A DNA stretch of 64,000 nucleotides from Octopus vulgaris (lineage: Eukaryota): assembly GCA_951406725.2 (NCBI GenBank), contig OX597826.1:67828001-67892000 (forward strand), written 5' to 3'. A program made the translations under genes and the position numbers. The notes beneath the pieces were generated by a model. It was not told where the DNA came from. It did not search any database and saw only the letters and a program-made list of their open reading frames with translations. Below, piece by piece: positions 13,897 through 27,801 of this stretch; the stretch's first letter is position 1, and each line of letters starts with the position of its first letter.

Positions 13897-14119
13897 TCTG
13901 TATATAAATGTTCTAAAATCTACACTGCCTTGGTTTTTTTCATCTTATTACGAGAAAAAACAACTATATACACATGCTGACATATAACCAAATTTGAAAC
14001 CCCGAACCTAACTATGGAACCTGGAACTTAACTATGGTCCATCTATAGCTCTTATTCAGCATTACCTGACAACATTGGGTCTCAATGACACCATTACCTC
14101 TCATAACCTCTCTCGCTCT

Positions 14120-14183
<64 letters not shown>

Positions 14184-14577
14184 TCGAGGCATTTTTGAAA
14201 ATATATAAATTAATACTCTGTATATTATCAGAGCAGTAGCAGAAATGTTCAGATACGTGTGAATGGACAAAAATTGTATTCTTTTACAGCTAAATCTTTT
14301 TAGTAAGATAGAGATATACATAAGGACAGATTTTTATCTGTTTCGTCAGTAATGTAATCCTGTGAAAAACATATATCAAAAACAAACACACACACACACA
14401 CAAACACAAACACATTCCATATACAAGAACATACACAAATACATACACTCAAAGGCAAATTATATACAATTCAACGCTCAAACACACACGCACTAATATA
14501 ACCATATGCATACACATATATCTGCACATATACCTGTAAAAATATATATTCATATATGCGGAAGTCTATATATATAC

Positions 14578-14634
<57 letters not shown>

Positions 14635-14919
14635 TAAAATATACACATGTGTATATACTATATATATTTATAAGTATATATATACATATATATGTTTATG
14701 TAGGTGTTATATATACCCATACACACATATATGTAATTCACGTAGAAGCACGTGAAGATTCATGCACAGACACCTAGATAGAAGTGAATATATTTATATA
14801 TTTACATGAAGTGATTTCATATTGTAGCGTGTATATATAGATTTATAAATTACAATAGCGCATAAAAAGTAGCAGTTTAACATTTCACATTAATACATAT
14901 GAATATGTATGTATGTATG

Positions 14920-14973
<54 letters not shown>

Positions 14974-14975
14974 TT

Positions 14976-15023
<48 letters not shown>

Positions 15024-15924
15024 TGTCTGTGTGTAAGTGTTTGTGTGTTGGCGTGTGTGTGTGTATGTATATATGTCCTAATAGACATATACAGTTGCAA
15101 AGATGCAAACCTACATTCAAATATATACATGATATGACACCATAAAAAACACAATTCTTTCATGTAATCTTGTATAAGATTTCAGAAGAGGACAAAGGAA
15201 ATATAAAATATTAAAATAATCTTTCTTATACTCATACAAATGCAAGCACACGACGTATATACACATACACACACAGAGAAAGACACAAACACATACACAC
15301 AGGCAAAGACACAAACTCACACAAATACACAAAAACACAAAGACACAAAACCGCACACGCAAATACAGACACACATATATGCATGATCAAATATGTAAAG
15401 AGCCACAAATACGACAGATCATGTCACCTAAATACCAATTATATACGTGTTAAAAAATTTGAAAGCTATAATATTGTATGTGTTAAGAAAAGTATATTAT
15501 ATAAAGGCAAATTTTCTACATATTGAAATGTAAAAGAAATCAAGAATAATGTGGCAGTTATATATATAAACGTAGTTGGAATCGTGTCTTATAAAATTAC
15601 AGGATGTGTCCAATATAGGTGATAGTCTATTATACATGAATCATATTAGTCCAGAAGATGCAATTTATAATATAGTATCAAATAGCTGAAGATTGATTAT
15701 ATCTAATGAGATATCATGAGAAATGTGAGAGTAAATATTTAGGACAATGTCAGTTTAGTAGTTAGAGAGAAGAAGATTTACGATGTATTGTATGGAAATG
15801 CAATACTTAATTTTAATAGCGTATTCATAAGTCTAAATGTAAAACAGGACGGGCAGTAATGTTATCGGAAACGTTTCCGTGAAGCTATCTTTTCGTATTC
15901 TTGGTCAGAAGATATTCCTAAGAA

Positions 15925-16075
15925 GATATGTCTGTTGCAATATAAATATAAAGGGGTAATAAATATTTTGCGCCCCATATACCGCAGAGATAAAAAAAAA
16001 GATTAATTGCCCCTGTGGCATATCGGGCCCCAAACAATTTATTTCCCCTATATATTTTTACATTGACAGATATAT
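15925..16075. repeat. Imperfect inverted repeat
   Basis: ATATGTCTGT...AAAGGGGTAATAAAT...CCCCATATACCGCAG versus CTGTGGCATATCGGG...ATTTATTTCCCCT...GACAGATAT. Confidence 0.7.
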
Positions 16076-16589
16076 TCCATTTTAAATCTTAACGAAGGGT
16101 ATTTTCAATCAGATATCTAGATAAAGTGATATAATTTCATCCTATTACGGTCCTAAATAAATGAGTTAGCTGGTGGTAGCGAGAGTTAAAATTACTTGTG
16201 GTTTATCTAATATAAGATTAATTAGGAGTATAGGTTTTAACTAAACATTACCAAACAATTTCCTCGGCAAAGCAATTAGAGTTAAGAAGTAAGGATTGCT
16301 AATTGCAAAGCAATTAAAAGTTAGGAAGTAAAGAATGTAAATCATTATTACTGTAATTGTTTAATTTAATTAATTTGAAGATGCAATATTTTGTGCTAAA
16401 TTAGGGCTGAAGCATAAGATTTGACGGTATTTCTTGTGAATATTCGCAAGTATTTGTAAGTAGGAGGAGATGCATACGAAAACGAGAAAGTAGGAATATC
16501 ATACTAGATTGATATTTTAGATGTATTGCAACTATTTCTAACTACATACGTAAGAGAAATATCTATTAACTTCTGCTTGTTCCATTCAT

Positions 16590-16870
16590 CAGATTACGGC
16601 CACATTAGCAGATTGCCTTCTATCTCTTCTCCAACATGAAAATGCTGCTCAAAAGTTGCCGTTTTAACACCGTTGGCGAGATCCAAGTTGGATCGCATAA
16701 GGTCCCCGAATCGCGTATGGGAAACGATTTCCAGGCCGGATTTCAAAAGTGGCAGGAACACCGGCACCGGTGTATTGCTGCGCAGGGTAACTATTACTAA
16801 GAAGATGATATTAAAAGCTAGGTAATTCAGTTATTTAAAAAAAATTATACATACCTTGTCCTGGAACCTC
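16590..16870 (+). mobile_element. Mariner transposase C-terminal relic
   Basis: FYLFSNMKMLLKSCRFNTVGEIQ...NDFQAGFQKWQEHRHRCIAAQGNY. Confidence 0.8.
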
Positions 16871-16982
16871 GAATGAATCCATTTTTCCAAGTAACGAATT
16901 ATTTGCTTGATGTTTCTTCCTCTACTCTGAGAGTGGCTACAGAGAACTCGTCAATAATAATTTGCAGCTACATATTTTAAAC

Positions 16983-17535
16983 CAGTGCTACTCAAACTGG
17001 TGGTCTGCGGACTGGTGTCCGTCCGCAAGCCATCACCTGCCACCAGTACGCGGCCAGTTTCCAGAATAGAAAGAAACATTATAACATGATTATAAAATGC
17101 TTATAAAATACTTATGGAATATTGTATTATCTGTTTACAAAATACATATCAGATAAAAAAAAAATTGTCAACTTTTATTATATTCAATAAATATTGAGTC
17201 GGTGCATAATCATTGCGGCTTTTTTTTCAATAAATTTTATTCAACAAGAACAATAACAATATTTAAGAAAAACATTTTTAAATGACGGTCTGACCGTCTA
17301 CCAAACAAATGGGATGGTGAATATGCTCCTGAATAATCACGTAAAGACGTTTTTGTTACATGATGTTTTTGCAGAATAAAATTTGTTGAAAAAAAAAAAC
17401 CCCGCAATAATTATGCACCAACCCAATATATATGGTTTCCGATATAAATTAATATTACTAAAAAATATTATCGGTCCTTTACACATCGGAAAAAACACTG
17501 CCACTACGCCGCATCAGCTAATTTGAGAAGCACTA
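16983..17535. mobile_element. hAT-like MITE containing a nested mariner-type MITE
   Basis: Termini CAGTGCTACTCAAA and TTTGAGAAGCACTA. Confidence 0.7.
17192..17428. mobile_element. Mariner (Hsmar1/MADE1-like TIR) MITE with TA TSD
   Basis: TA-TTGAGTCGGTGCATAATCATTGCGG ... CCGCAATAATTATGCACCAACCCAA-TA. Confidence 0.85.
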
Positions 17536-17871
17536 AAATTTGAAATGCATAATATTGTCTGTCTGTTCAATTTGTTTTTATAGTATTTGGATATTTATTT
17601 GAAAATATTTAGTGATTTATCTTAATAAAAAATTTTGCAATACACGAATCACGTATGATCTTTTTAATGCTGTATCTCATATTAAAATGTAGAAGAATAT
17701 AGCAGACTCTACTGTTAATTTTGATCATTCTACTCTTGGTAAGCCATGCTAGTTTGTTACTGATTTGCGTTCGCTGTAGTTTATTTCATGTGTCCATTAA
17801 TGTATATATAATCTTTGTATTATCTACGTGTTATCTGTTAGATCTGTGAGTAACGCATATAGAGAATTTGA

Positions 17872-18253
17872 TATATACAAGAGTTAAGGAATGGAGTAGA
17901 AACGATTCAGGCTACATGTTTCATAGCGAAAGGAATCCCAGAAGTGGTAAATATTCAAGCGAGGTGTACGCCGCAGGTTACTCGTCAGGCCAATGATATC
18001 TTGATTAAATGAAAGCTTACATCGTCGCATGGAGGTACATGTTAACACATGGAAGATTCCATCAATCTAATTGAATCTTCCATGTACCTACCTGAGACAA
18101 TGTAAACTTTCATTTAATCATGATATCTTTAGCCTGAGGAGTAACCTGCGGCATACACAGCGCTTTGATATTTACAACTCCTGAGGTTCCGGTCACAATG
18201 AAACATGTGTAGCCCGGATATTATCTGCTCCGTTCTTAAACTCTTGTATACAT
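17872..18253. repeat. Diverged ~380-bp palindrome with an HHR-like motif in each arm
   Basis: Arms complementary along their length. Minus strand GGC-CTGACGA...GAAAC-at-GTA-GCC (17910-17991); plus strand AGC-CTGAGGA...GAAACATGTGTA-GCC (18131-18214). Confidence 0.8.
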
Positions 18254-18470
18254 ATTAGCACACCCGATAGCTCTGGTCACCTACCGTGGATTATAAAATG
18301 AACTTTTTTCAATTTATCATTATTCGATACGAAAAAAATCCACAAAATTCCGTCTCAAAAAACCACTATTGTCCCTGAAAGTTGTTTTATTTTTATATTT
18401 ACTACGGATTACTTGAAGCAAACCTTTCGTACATCTCGATCTCTGGATGTATATATTTGCGTATGCGCGC

Positions 18471-18501
<31 letters not shown>

Positions 18502-18574
18502 TGTGTGTGTATGTGCGTACACACACACATAAATATGTATATATACATGCTTATATATATTATCTATATCTGAG

Positions 18575-18863
18575 TCTGAGACCCCTTTCGGTCACGACAT
18601 TGATCATGGAATTGCACCTAGCAAGTTACTCTCCCAGGCACAAGTCCGAGCAAGGTTGTTTATGGAAGACCAGCAGTCGCCCATGCACACCGGCCTCTCC
18701 TCTCCACGCCGCCAGTGTTATCCAAGGGAAAGGTGAAGGGGCCGATACAGCTTGGTACCTGTGACGTCGCAACTTATTTCTACAGCTGTGTGAACTGGAG
18801 CAACGTGAAATAAAGTGTCTTGCTCAAGAACGCAACACGCAGCCCGGTCCGGGATTCGAGCTC

Positions 18864-18865
<2 letters not shown>
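18575..18865 (-). mobile_element. SINE family D
   Basis: Reverse complement GTTCTTGAGCAAGACACTTTATTTCACGTTGCTCCAGTTCAC; related copy at 60909-61040. Confidence 0.8.
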
Positions 18866-18896
<31 letters not shown>

Positions 18897-18946
18897 CTAT
18901 ATACATAATTATACATACATACATATACACACATGCACACACACAC

Positions 18947-18982
<36 letters not shown>

Positions 18983-19019
18983 ATGTGTGTGTGTGTGTGC
19001 ACGATACACAATATAAAGT

Positions 19020-19560
19020 TAACGACGGAACTCGAACCAATCCAACGAAATCGACTGAATGCAACGTAACAGCTACTGGGAAAGACTGAAGGAATTAAAA
19101 CTCTTCTCCTTAGAACGAAGGCGGGAAAGATATGCAGTGATATACAATCTGGAAAATTCTGGAAGGCCTTGCACCAAAATTTGACATTGAAAGATACTCA
19201 CACAGCAGACAGCGTGCACCTGATTAGAGCCAATGTTCTCAGCATCCCCATCAAAATACAGGATCAAATACTGCAACAACTGATGTTTGAAGGGCCCACG
19301 GCTCTTCAATATTTTTCTAAAATGCCTCAAAGATCTGCATGATGTGTATGAATGTGTCTTTCAAACAAAACTTGATCGCTTCCTGTCAAGGGATCCAGAT
19401 GAGCCTACATCACAGCATGAAACATGTAAGTGTAGCGGCAAGAAACCAACCTATTAACCAAATGCCACATATCAGAGGACGTTTCAAATAATGCTACCAG
19501 CACAGTCAACAGCGGTGCCCCACTATGAACGCATCTTTGAAGCTGAAACGTTGTAAAGGT
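19020..19560 (+). mobile_element. CR1/L2-like LINE 3' end
   Basis: SYWERLKELKLFSLERRRERYAVIY...WKILEGLAP...GPRLFNIF...KLDRFLSRDPDEP, followed by a 3' tail. Confidence 0.85.
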
Positions 19561-19564
19561 TTAA

Positions 19565-19605
<41 letters not shown>

Positions 19606-19608
19606 AAC

Positions 19609-19691
19609 ATAAAAGAGATACCCGAAGAATATGATATCTGACTCGCTAGAAAGAGCAGTCAGATATCCTATTCTTCGGGTATCTCTTTTAT
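19609..19691. repeat. Short hairpin element adjoining (TA)n
   Basis: ATAAAAGAGATACCCGAAGAATATGATATCTGACT / AGTCAGATATCCTATTCTTCGGGTATCTCTTTTAT. Confidence 0.9.
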
Positions 19692-19818
19692 ATCTGAATG
19701 TACACTTTATTATTCTCTGAATAATATATAGTCTATTGACTAATTTTTTCTCGCTAGACCACTGGTAACTAAGAATTTTTCGATGAATATTCTTGTTACC
19801 TACGTTTTTTAATTAATG

Positions 19819-19882
<64 letters not shown>

Positions 19883-20578
19883 AAAAGAGGAGGGAAAGTG
19901 AGCATGAAGAGAAGGCAAGAAAATGTGAAAGAGGGGGAACGAAAGAATGAAGTAAGCGTGAAAGGGCTGATAAACAGAAGGAAAGAATAAAAGTAAAGAA
20001 TAGAGTTGTAAAATATTTAGATAAATATATACTTACATATAAGAGACCAAAGTGTACGTACGCCGCTATATATATACATATATAATACAGAATGGGACAA
20101 GAACGGAAAACATCCAGACAGTTAGCTAACACAAAAAGGGACAGCAAAATATCCAGATATACGATAAAAAGAAAACAAGGACGGGTCATTCGGAGTTTCC
20201 TTTCCTCAGTCGAGTTCCAGATTATTTTTGCAATTTTGGCTGGTTATACGCGAGATTGCTCCAATCTGGCCAGCCCCAAGAAAAAATTAAGCAAGGAGCG
20301 AAAACAAGAACTGAAGGAAAGCGGAGAATGTTACACAGATACAAATAACAGGACATAACACACATAAATACGTATACACACATGTGTATCAACACCTATA
20401 AATAAGTAAATGAATATATATTATATATACATACATACATAAATATATATATATATTTATATATGTATATTTGATCGAGAGAGACGGAAGATGGAAGTTA
20501 CGAAAATGTTTATAGAGCACTATATATTCATACACACACACACACACTCAAACACCCTCATATGCATATATATGACTA

Positions 20579-20619
<41 letters not shown>

Positions 20620-20633
20620 TTATACATATATGT

Positions 20634-20709
<76 letters not shown>

Positions 20710-21214
20710 TGTGTGTGTGTGTGTGTGTGTGAGTGTGTGTGTATAACTCCATTCTGTACAGTTTCTCTCAACCATATTCTATCTGTATATATTACCATAT
20801 AAAATGCTATTCATTTTAATTTTAGATTATTTATGGAGATACAAATGTAATCGCTCTTATTGTATGTATGTATGCAGATATGAACGTATACACGCATGTA
20901 AGTGTGTATCTAAATAAATATATATATATACACTTGAACATATTGGACCCTGTCCATGAGTGTGTTTGTATATATGCGCTTATATTTGTACCACCATATT
21001 TGTGGGTATTATTCTGGATAAGGCTATGTAAGAATGTAGATGATGTAGTTATAAATATTAAAATTGCCAATATAAAAATATTAATATTTATTCAATGAGA
21101 TCTATTTTTGAATCCAAAAATACCGAAAAGCATATAAAATTATTATTTTGTAGCAAAGTCAAGCACATTCTCTTTTACAAATCTTCTTGCGGTTTTTTCC
21201 CTTCAAATTATTTA

Positions 21215-21745
<531 letters not shown>

Positions 21746-21754
21746 AGAAGAACA

Positions 21755-22790
21755 GGTGTGTAAACGCGAAGATGGCGGAAGGGGTATGAGTAGTGTGCTG
21801 GATGGTGTGAAGATGGAAGTAAAAATCTCAATCAGCATGTTAAAGAAAATACTGACGAACTGCTAGCTGCAGTGAGTAATGAAAAGTACTTAGTGAATGT
21901 CAAACAATAGACAAAGCACTTGAGAAGAAAAAACAAATTTATGTAAAACTGCATTTAATCTCTTAGTTTATGAAGAATAATGCGGCGGAAAGAGGAAATG
22001 GCTGAAAACGGGAATTCTCAACAAATAAATACCGTAAATCCTCGAGTATAGTCCGCCCTTGAATATACTACGCAGGGGAATTTTAGTGGTTGTACCTCTG
22101 AAAAACCTACACCTTGTGTATAATAAGCATCTCTTCTCTAACTTGAGTCAAGGAGGTCTATATAACGTCCTTGGTTTGTAAAAAGGTATACAGTAACGTC
22201 CTTTATTATTATTGTACATATAACATAATGCAAACGTGTAGCGTTTTTGTGTATTTTGTTTGCAGAAAATAAAGAAATAACAGTAATAACAGTAATAGTA
22301 AAGTTTAATAAATGTTGCTTACTGCAAGTTATGGATGATTCTTTTATGACTTCATTGCTTTCAGGCTTAGCTTAAGGTATTTTCGCGCCCGACATCACAA
22401 AATGTGTCTGAATAAACATTGCCGGAGAGCAAATAGAGACTCGGACATTGCTTAGAAAATTTCTTTTTTAACCTCGTATATAGTAGGCACTAAAGATTTT
22501 GATCTTTAAAAATTTTGGGAAAAAAATTCGGATTACGCTCGAGGATTTTCGGTATATAGATAGATAAGTAGAAGGAATAAAGCTTGCAGGTCTCTATAAA
22601 TAATATGGGGCGGTTGACCCCAGTTTGTCACCTTTGTGAAGGTTGTGCGATGCGAGAGAATAGAAAGTGATCGTCACAATAGTTGAATGGTCCAAACTCT
22701 CTGAGAAACTTTACAGATATTGGACACATGATAATATTGCGAAGATCATCCACTGGGAAATGTCTAGGAAGTATGGAATTCATAACACTA
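21755..22790 (+). mobile_element. R4/Dong-like (RLE) non-LTR retrotransposon relic, interrupted by a MITE
   Basis: KREDGGRGMSSV (RT C-terminus), then a degenerate CCHC knuckle and HDNIAKIIHWEMSRKYGI at about 22630-22780. Confidence 0.75.
22030..22554. mobile_element. pogo/Tc2-like MITE
   Basis: TA-CCGTAAATCCTCGAGTATAGTCCG ... CGGATTACGCTCGAGGATTTTCGG-TA. Confidence 0.8.
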
Positions 22791-24510
22791 TTTAACATTG
22801 TTAAATAACTTTTCAAACTTCTTGCAAGTGTTCCAACATAGGTTGTCTCTCTACCACTCTGATTTCAAATGAATCAAATAACATTAATTATGCGCAATAA
22901 TACCTGCTCATGATAGATCTCTTTACCTTTTCCTTTGCAGTTTTGTATTCTGTAATACGTTTAAGTTGCCAATTCTCAGAATGAATTATGTTTTATGGTC
23001 ATATCACATTTCCTTACATCTGAACTCATATTTTTGAAGATTCTAATACATGTTTAAAGTAACCTTGTGATGCCACCATATAGATCCTCAGGGCATGCAT
23101 TTTACATTCAGAGACTATTTTTGTCGCTATCCATTTTCTTTCATACTCAGTCGAGAAAACTGATCTATATTCTTCCTGTGGTTAATCTGATTATTTGAAC
23201 CTGCATAACTAGAATAACGCCCTGTTTTTCAATCTTTAACACATTCTACCTTAGACACTGAACTGTCTTCTGGTTAATCTTCCCCTCACTGTGCTACACA
23301 CAGTTTTGTCTTCGTTTTGTAGCGCTCTACCTCCGAGAATGTCATTTTCTTCTGCTCTATCTCCAAACACATACATACGTACATACGTACATACGTACAT
23401 ATAATCAGTCATCAAGTGAGATCTAGAGAAGTGAGAAAATACCAAGTAGTGCGTAAGTTTTTAAAGAGGACTAGGCCCACGAGGTAAAGAATGACTGAAG
23501 GAGAAATTCAGATGAGTTGATATGGATGTAGAGGTACAGAGAAACACGATTAGGCTTCATATATATTAATACGCACACTCAAACGCACGAGCTAGAGAGC
23601 AGCTACAGAAACAAACAAGTTGAGAAGCGTCAGCGGCGAAAAGAAAACAACAGAAATGCAGAGTGCCGAGCCACCCTCTTGGAATGCGTTACAGTGACAG
23701 ACGCTGTGCTTTAATCATAGGAAGAATCAGCCCTGAAAGAAGCTGCAAGAAAAGGAGCTCCTGATATGAAACTGCAAGAAAGGGAGCTCCCCCCCCCCAC
23801 ACACACATGTATGAGATGTGTCGGAAAGGACACAACCAAACTCAAGCCCTGGAAATACATCGTGCCAGCCAGCACAGCCGCCTTCAAGCGGCGCCTGCAT
23901 AATGACAAGTCCTCTTACGGTATTTTGGAATCACGATTCGCCGCATGATGCACCTCAAAAATGAAGGGACCCCATGCGATACGAAGTGGAGGATCATAGA
24001 GTGGCCAGAATCAAACATTAGCGGGAGCTGATGCAGCAACGATCCTCAAAGACTCCATGAATCCAAAACTACTGTACACTCGAATAGAAATATACAGTCC
24101 CTCCATGGATTTCAAACGTATAGATGCTGCAAGCACGGGGTTCCTCGTTCTTCGATTTGAGCTGGAAAAGTCCTTATAGATTAAAAGCAATCGCCGAGCG
24201 TAATTCCCCGTCCCCCTTTTTTGATCAACATGAATAGGTCTAAGGTAGGTAACCCATCCGCACCGTCTCAGATATTGTATTCTTTTATTAATTGCTAAGT
24301 GACCATAAATTGCTGTCCCAGAGTTGCAGAGTTCTATTTATCATCGGCTTTAGAGGCTTTCGCGCCGTTCCATCGGCTAGGTCCTTTCTTGAAAGGAAAA
24401 CATTGGTCATTCTATGACACAATATAGACTTAAATGCACACAGATATATTACTGGCCAATGCTTTAGAGTGTGCTTAATTTCCGGGTATATGATACACTA
24501 ACGGTATGTA

Positions 24511-24564
<54 letters not shown>

Positions 24565-24577
24565 CATACACACACAT

Positions 24578-24628
<51 letters not shown>

Positions 24629-24723
24629 TCAATATAGGGTGGCAAAAAATTTCGTAGAATTTATTTGCCACCAGCGGCCTAGTGGGAAAAATTAAATAGT
24701 CATAGACCATTTATAAGTTCAAC

Positions 24724-25305
24724 ATCACAATCAAGGAATGGCCATAATAGGCCATTCACCCACTAGAAATAACAGCCAAGCTTCAACCGCAAAATAACAT
24801 TAATTCCGCAAACCAGGAGAAAATTAAAAAAACATTTACCCTGTAATTTCTTATACGATGCACCGTTTCATCTATTGTTTAATGGTAAACTAACCTGATT
24901 AAATTAAATCAAGCCAATCTTGATTTAATTTAATTTTCTGGTTAATTCCGTAATGGAATCGGCGGCTTATATTTGCTGCCGATAAATTTGGCGCGAGAGC
25001 GATGATTTGAAAATTTTAGGTCAGATATTGCCGAGGCAGGGATAGAGGTGCCTCGTGATAATATCTGCTCGGATCTGGCTGTTTCTTACTGACGAATCTA
25101 TCGGCCTATGGAAGATTGGCTTGATTTAATTTAATCAGGTTAGTTTACCATTAAACAATAGATGAAACGGTGCATCGTATAAGAAATTACAGGGTAAATG
25201 TTTTTTTAATTTTCTCCTGGTTTGCGGAATTAATGTTATTTTGCGGTTGAAGCTTTGGCTGTTATTTCTAGTGGGTGAATGGCCTATTACGGCCATTCCT
25301 TGATT

Positions 25306-25310
<5 letters not shown>
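24724..25310. mobile_element. HHR-bearing element with near-perfect ~198-bp inverted arms (24724-24921 / 25112-25310)
   Basis: Arms almost identical in reverse complement; right end abuts (TA)n; another copy of the terminus at 33546-33663. Confidence 0.92.
25082..25186 (+). ncRNA. Type I hammerhead ribozyme with canonical core and enlarged loop II
   Basis: Stem I TTTCTTA/TAAGAAA; CTGACGA 25089-95; stem II ATCTAT/ATAGAT; GAAA 25164-67; stem III CGGT-gc-ATCG; GUA cleavage predicted after 25179. Confidence 0.85.
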
Positions 25311-25347
<37 letters not shown>

Positions 25348-25400
25348 TATGTCTATATCCTCCTTCATATGTGTTGTGTTTATCTTCTGAATATATCCAG

Positions 25401-25440
<40 letters not shown>

Positions 25441-25892
25441 TACATATATAGAGATACATAGATACACATATATTACATATACATATACATACCTGTCTAC
25501 CTACATACATGTGTTTTGATATATATATATATATGTGCAAACACACACACACACACAAAGACACATCTATATGTCTGTGTTTGTTTTATTAGCCTCAGTT
25601 GAAATAATGATTATATTTCTGATACATGATTTCAATGCGAAACACGACGCCACTAGTCAATTTATTTTTTGTGGTTCTCCGTTTGAGATCAGTGTACACT
25701 GTCGCATAGTGTAGAGTTTCTCTGTAAGAAGCATTTCGGAAATTTAATTCCATTTAATCTATTCCACGCTTGAATAGAATATATCTTAGCCTAGAAACCC
25801 CTTATTGTTCTATTGCAGAACATTTTAGTTTCAACCCATTTATATATACATGTAAATACGCTTATATGTACGTTTATGTGTATATATGTACG

Positions 25893-25924
<32 letters not shown>

Positions 25925-26029
25925 TATAATATATACATTTACTATATACTTCCATATATCGTACACACACGCGCGCGAGCACGCACAGACGCACACTAAC
26001 ATCTATATACGTATACGTACATATATATA

Positions 26030-26198
26030 CCAGTCACCGATGCTGATGTGTTTACGTCCCCGTAACTTAGCGGTTCGACAAAAGGGACCGATAGAATAAG
26101 TACTAGGCTTACAAAGAATAAGTCGTTGGGTTGGTTTATCTCGACTAAAGGCGGTGCTCTAGCATGGCCACACTCAAATGACTGAAACAAGTAAAATA
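26030..26198 (+). mobile_element. SINE family B 3' half
   Basis: TGTTTACGTCCCCGTAACTTAGCGGTTCG...GACTGAAACAAGTAAAA. Confidence 0.85.
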
Positions 26199-26239
26199 GT
26201 GTATTACAGAGAAAGGAAATACAGAGTAGATTCCAGATA

Positions 26240-26700
26240 TTTTGAGACTTTTTCAGGACATACTTTTATTTATTTCAAAGAGGTACTCAACACTTATCTC
26301 CTTCAATGTAGGATTCTGCGACTTCAATGCACTCCAGCTACTTCGTAAACGCCCTATGGAAGTCCTCAAAACTGAAAATGACCAAGGCCCTCATCACGGT
26401 ATCCTTCATCTCAGATTCTCCTTCTACTTGCAGAACAAGCAAACCTCACAGTGATTAAGGGCTGGATTATAGGGAAAGTGAATACAGTTTCTGTCAAGAT
26501 GTTGGTTACCTGGATGCTCCTCACTGAGCCCAATGAGAACACACTTTGCAAAAATCTTGCGCAAGTTCATTTCTTCATAAATAATTCTGTATACAGTTAT
26601 ATATTGTCTTTATAGACAGACAACTTTCTTCATCCAGGAACTTGCGAATTTTGTCATTCATTTCTTATGTTCTGACGTTCCTCTTCATCCTACATACACT
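26240..26700 (-). mobile_element. Mariner relic
   Basis: Minus strand EMKDTVMRALVIFSFEDFHRAFTK*LECIEVAESYIEGD resembles the mariner C-terminus. Confidence 0.6.
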
Positions 26701-27684
26701 TTGTTCAATACATCAAGTTACACGCATGTAATTACATATATGCATGCACGAAAATACTCGCATTTACATGTGCGTTCATGCTGAGTGACTTACTAGTCTC
26801 GGATAGGCAACCAAAGGCCAAAGGTGTGTATTGCACCAAAACGTCAGGAGAACGCCATTTCTTTCATCATGCTGACGAGGATATAAATAAATTTTAAGCG
26901 CGAGTGACATGTATAACGTACTTAGTCGTGCTTAGACTTTCCATCCGTATATTAGGTCTTCAAGAAAACAGAACAACAATAAAATACTAGGAGTACAAAA
27001 ATGAAGGATGGCATTTAAACCAATAAGTAGTGAAAACAAACGCAAATTCGTTAGAATATGGACTGAATTTTTTACCCTCATCATGTACAGGCGTCCGCAA
27101 GTAACGACTTGTTATCAACGTATAGCAAATAATGCAAGTATAAGGCAATACAGAATATATTTTTCGAATGGTAGCGCCGAAGATCAAAATATAGGAAAGT
27201 ATATGAGCGTGAACTGTACAAGCATTCGTCATAGGAACGAATATTGATAGGGGGTTCTTGTCGTAAACTATTTAAAATATAAACACAGTCGTCTAAACTT
27301 AGTAACATATGACAGAGAAAATGCTAGTGAGCTGTGATGAAATAGATTGACCACCAAATATGATATAATGATGAAGAGAGCATAAAATATATGATGTCGA
27401 CGGTGAAGCAATGAGAAATATGGAGGTACTGCACTTGAGTATTTTAGCGGATCGTTTTGTAGCGGACTAGTGCAGCACCCGTTTTTAGAAGCTAAGCTTT
27501 AGAATACCATAATGAACAAGACTAATTAGAAGATGCAATTACAGGTTATTTAATGGAAGCGTGTAGAATTATGTAACACACTCCAAAAGTTTCTCTTGTT
27601 CTACATATATATGTATATACACACACACACACATATATATATATATACAAACCATCCGATCTTCTGATTACCTCATTTCTTCTA

Positions 27685-27755
<71 letters not shown>

Positions 27756-27768
27756 TAGATAGATAGAT

Positions 27769-27801
<33 letters not shown>

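Larger units (their letters stand above)
12560..13960 (+). mobile_element. 5'-truncated Penelope-like element: GIY-YIG fragment, pyrimidine-rich 3' region and terminal HHR (split by a SINE)
   Basis: HITDSFICTSIKVIYCISCSFC..LYISQTGCRL..FAEHLRDI at about 12575-12710; HHR motif at 13845-13895. Confidence 0.75.

Noticed and set aside
20175-20215. Minus-strand CTGAGGA...GAAAC hammerhead candidate
   Set aside because: I could not form convincing stems I-III or a UH cleavage site.
23500-24420. GC-richer segment, possibly a decayed LINE ORF1
   Set aside because: No diagnostic motif could be read with confidence.
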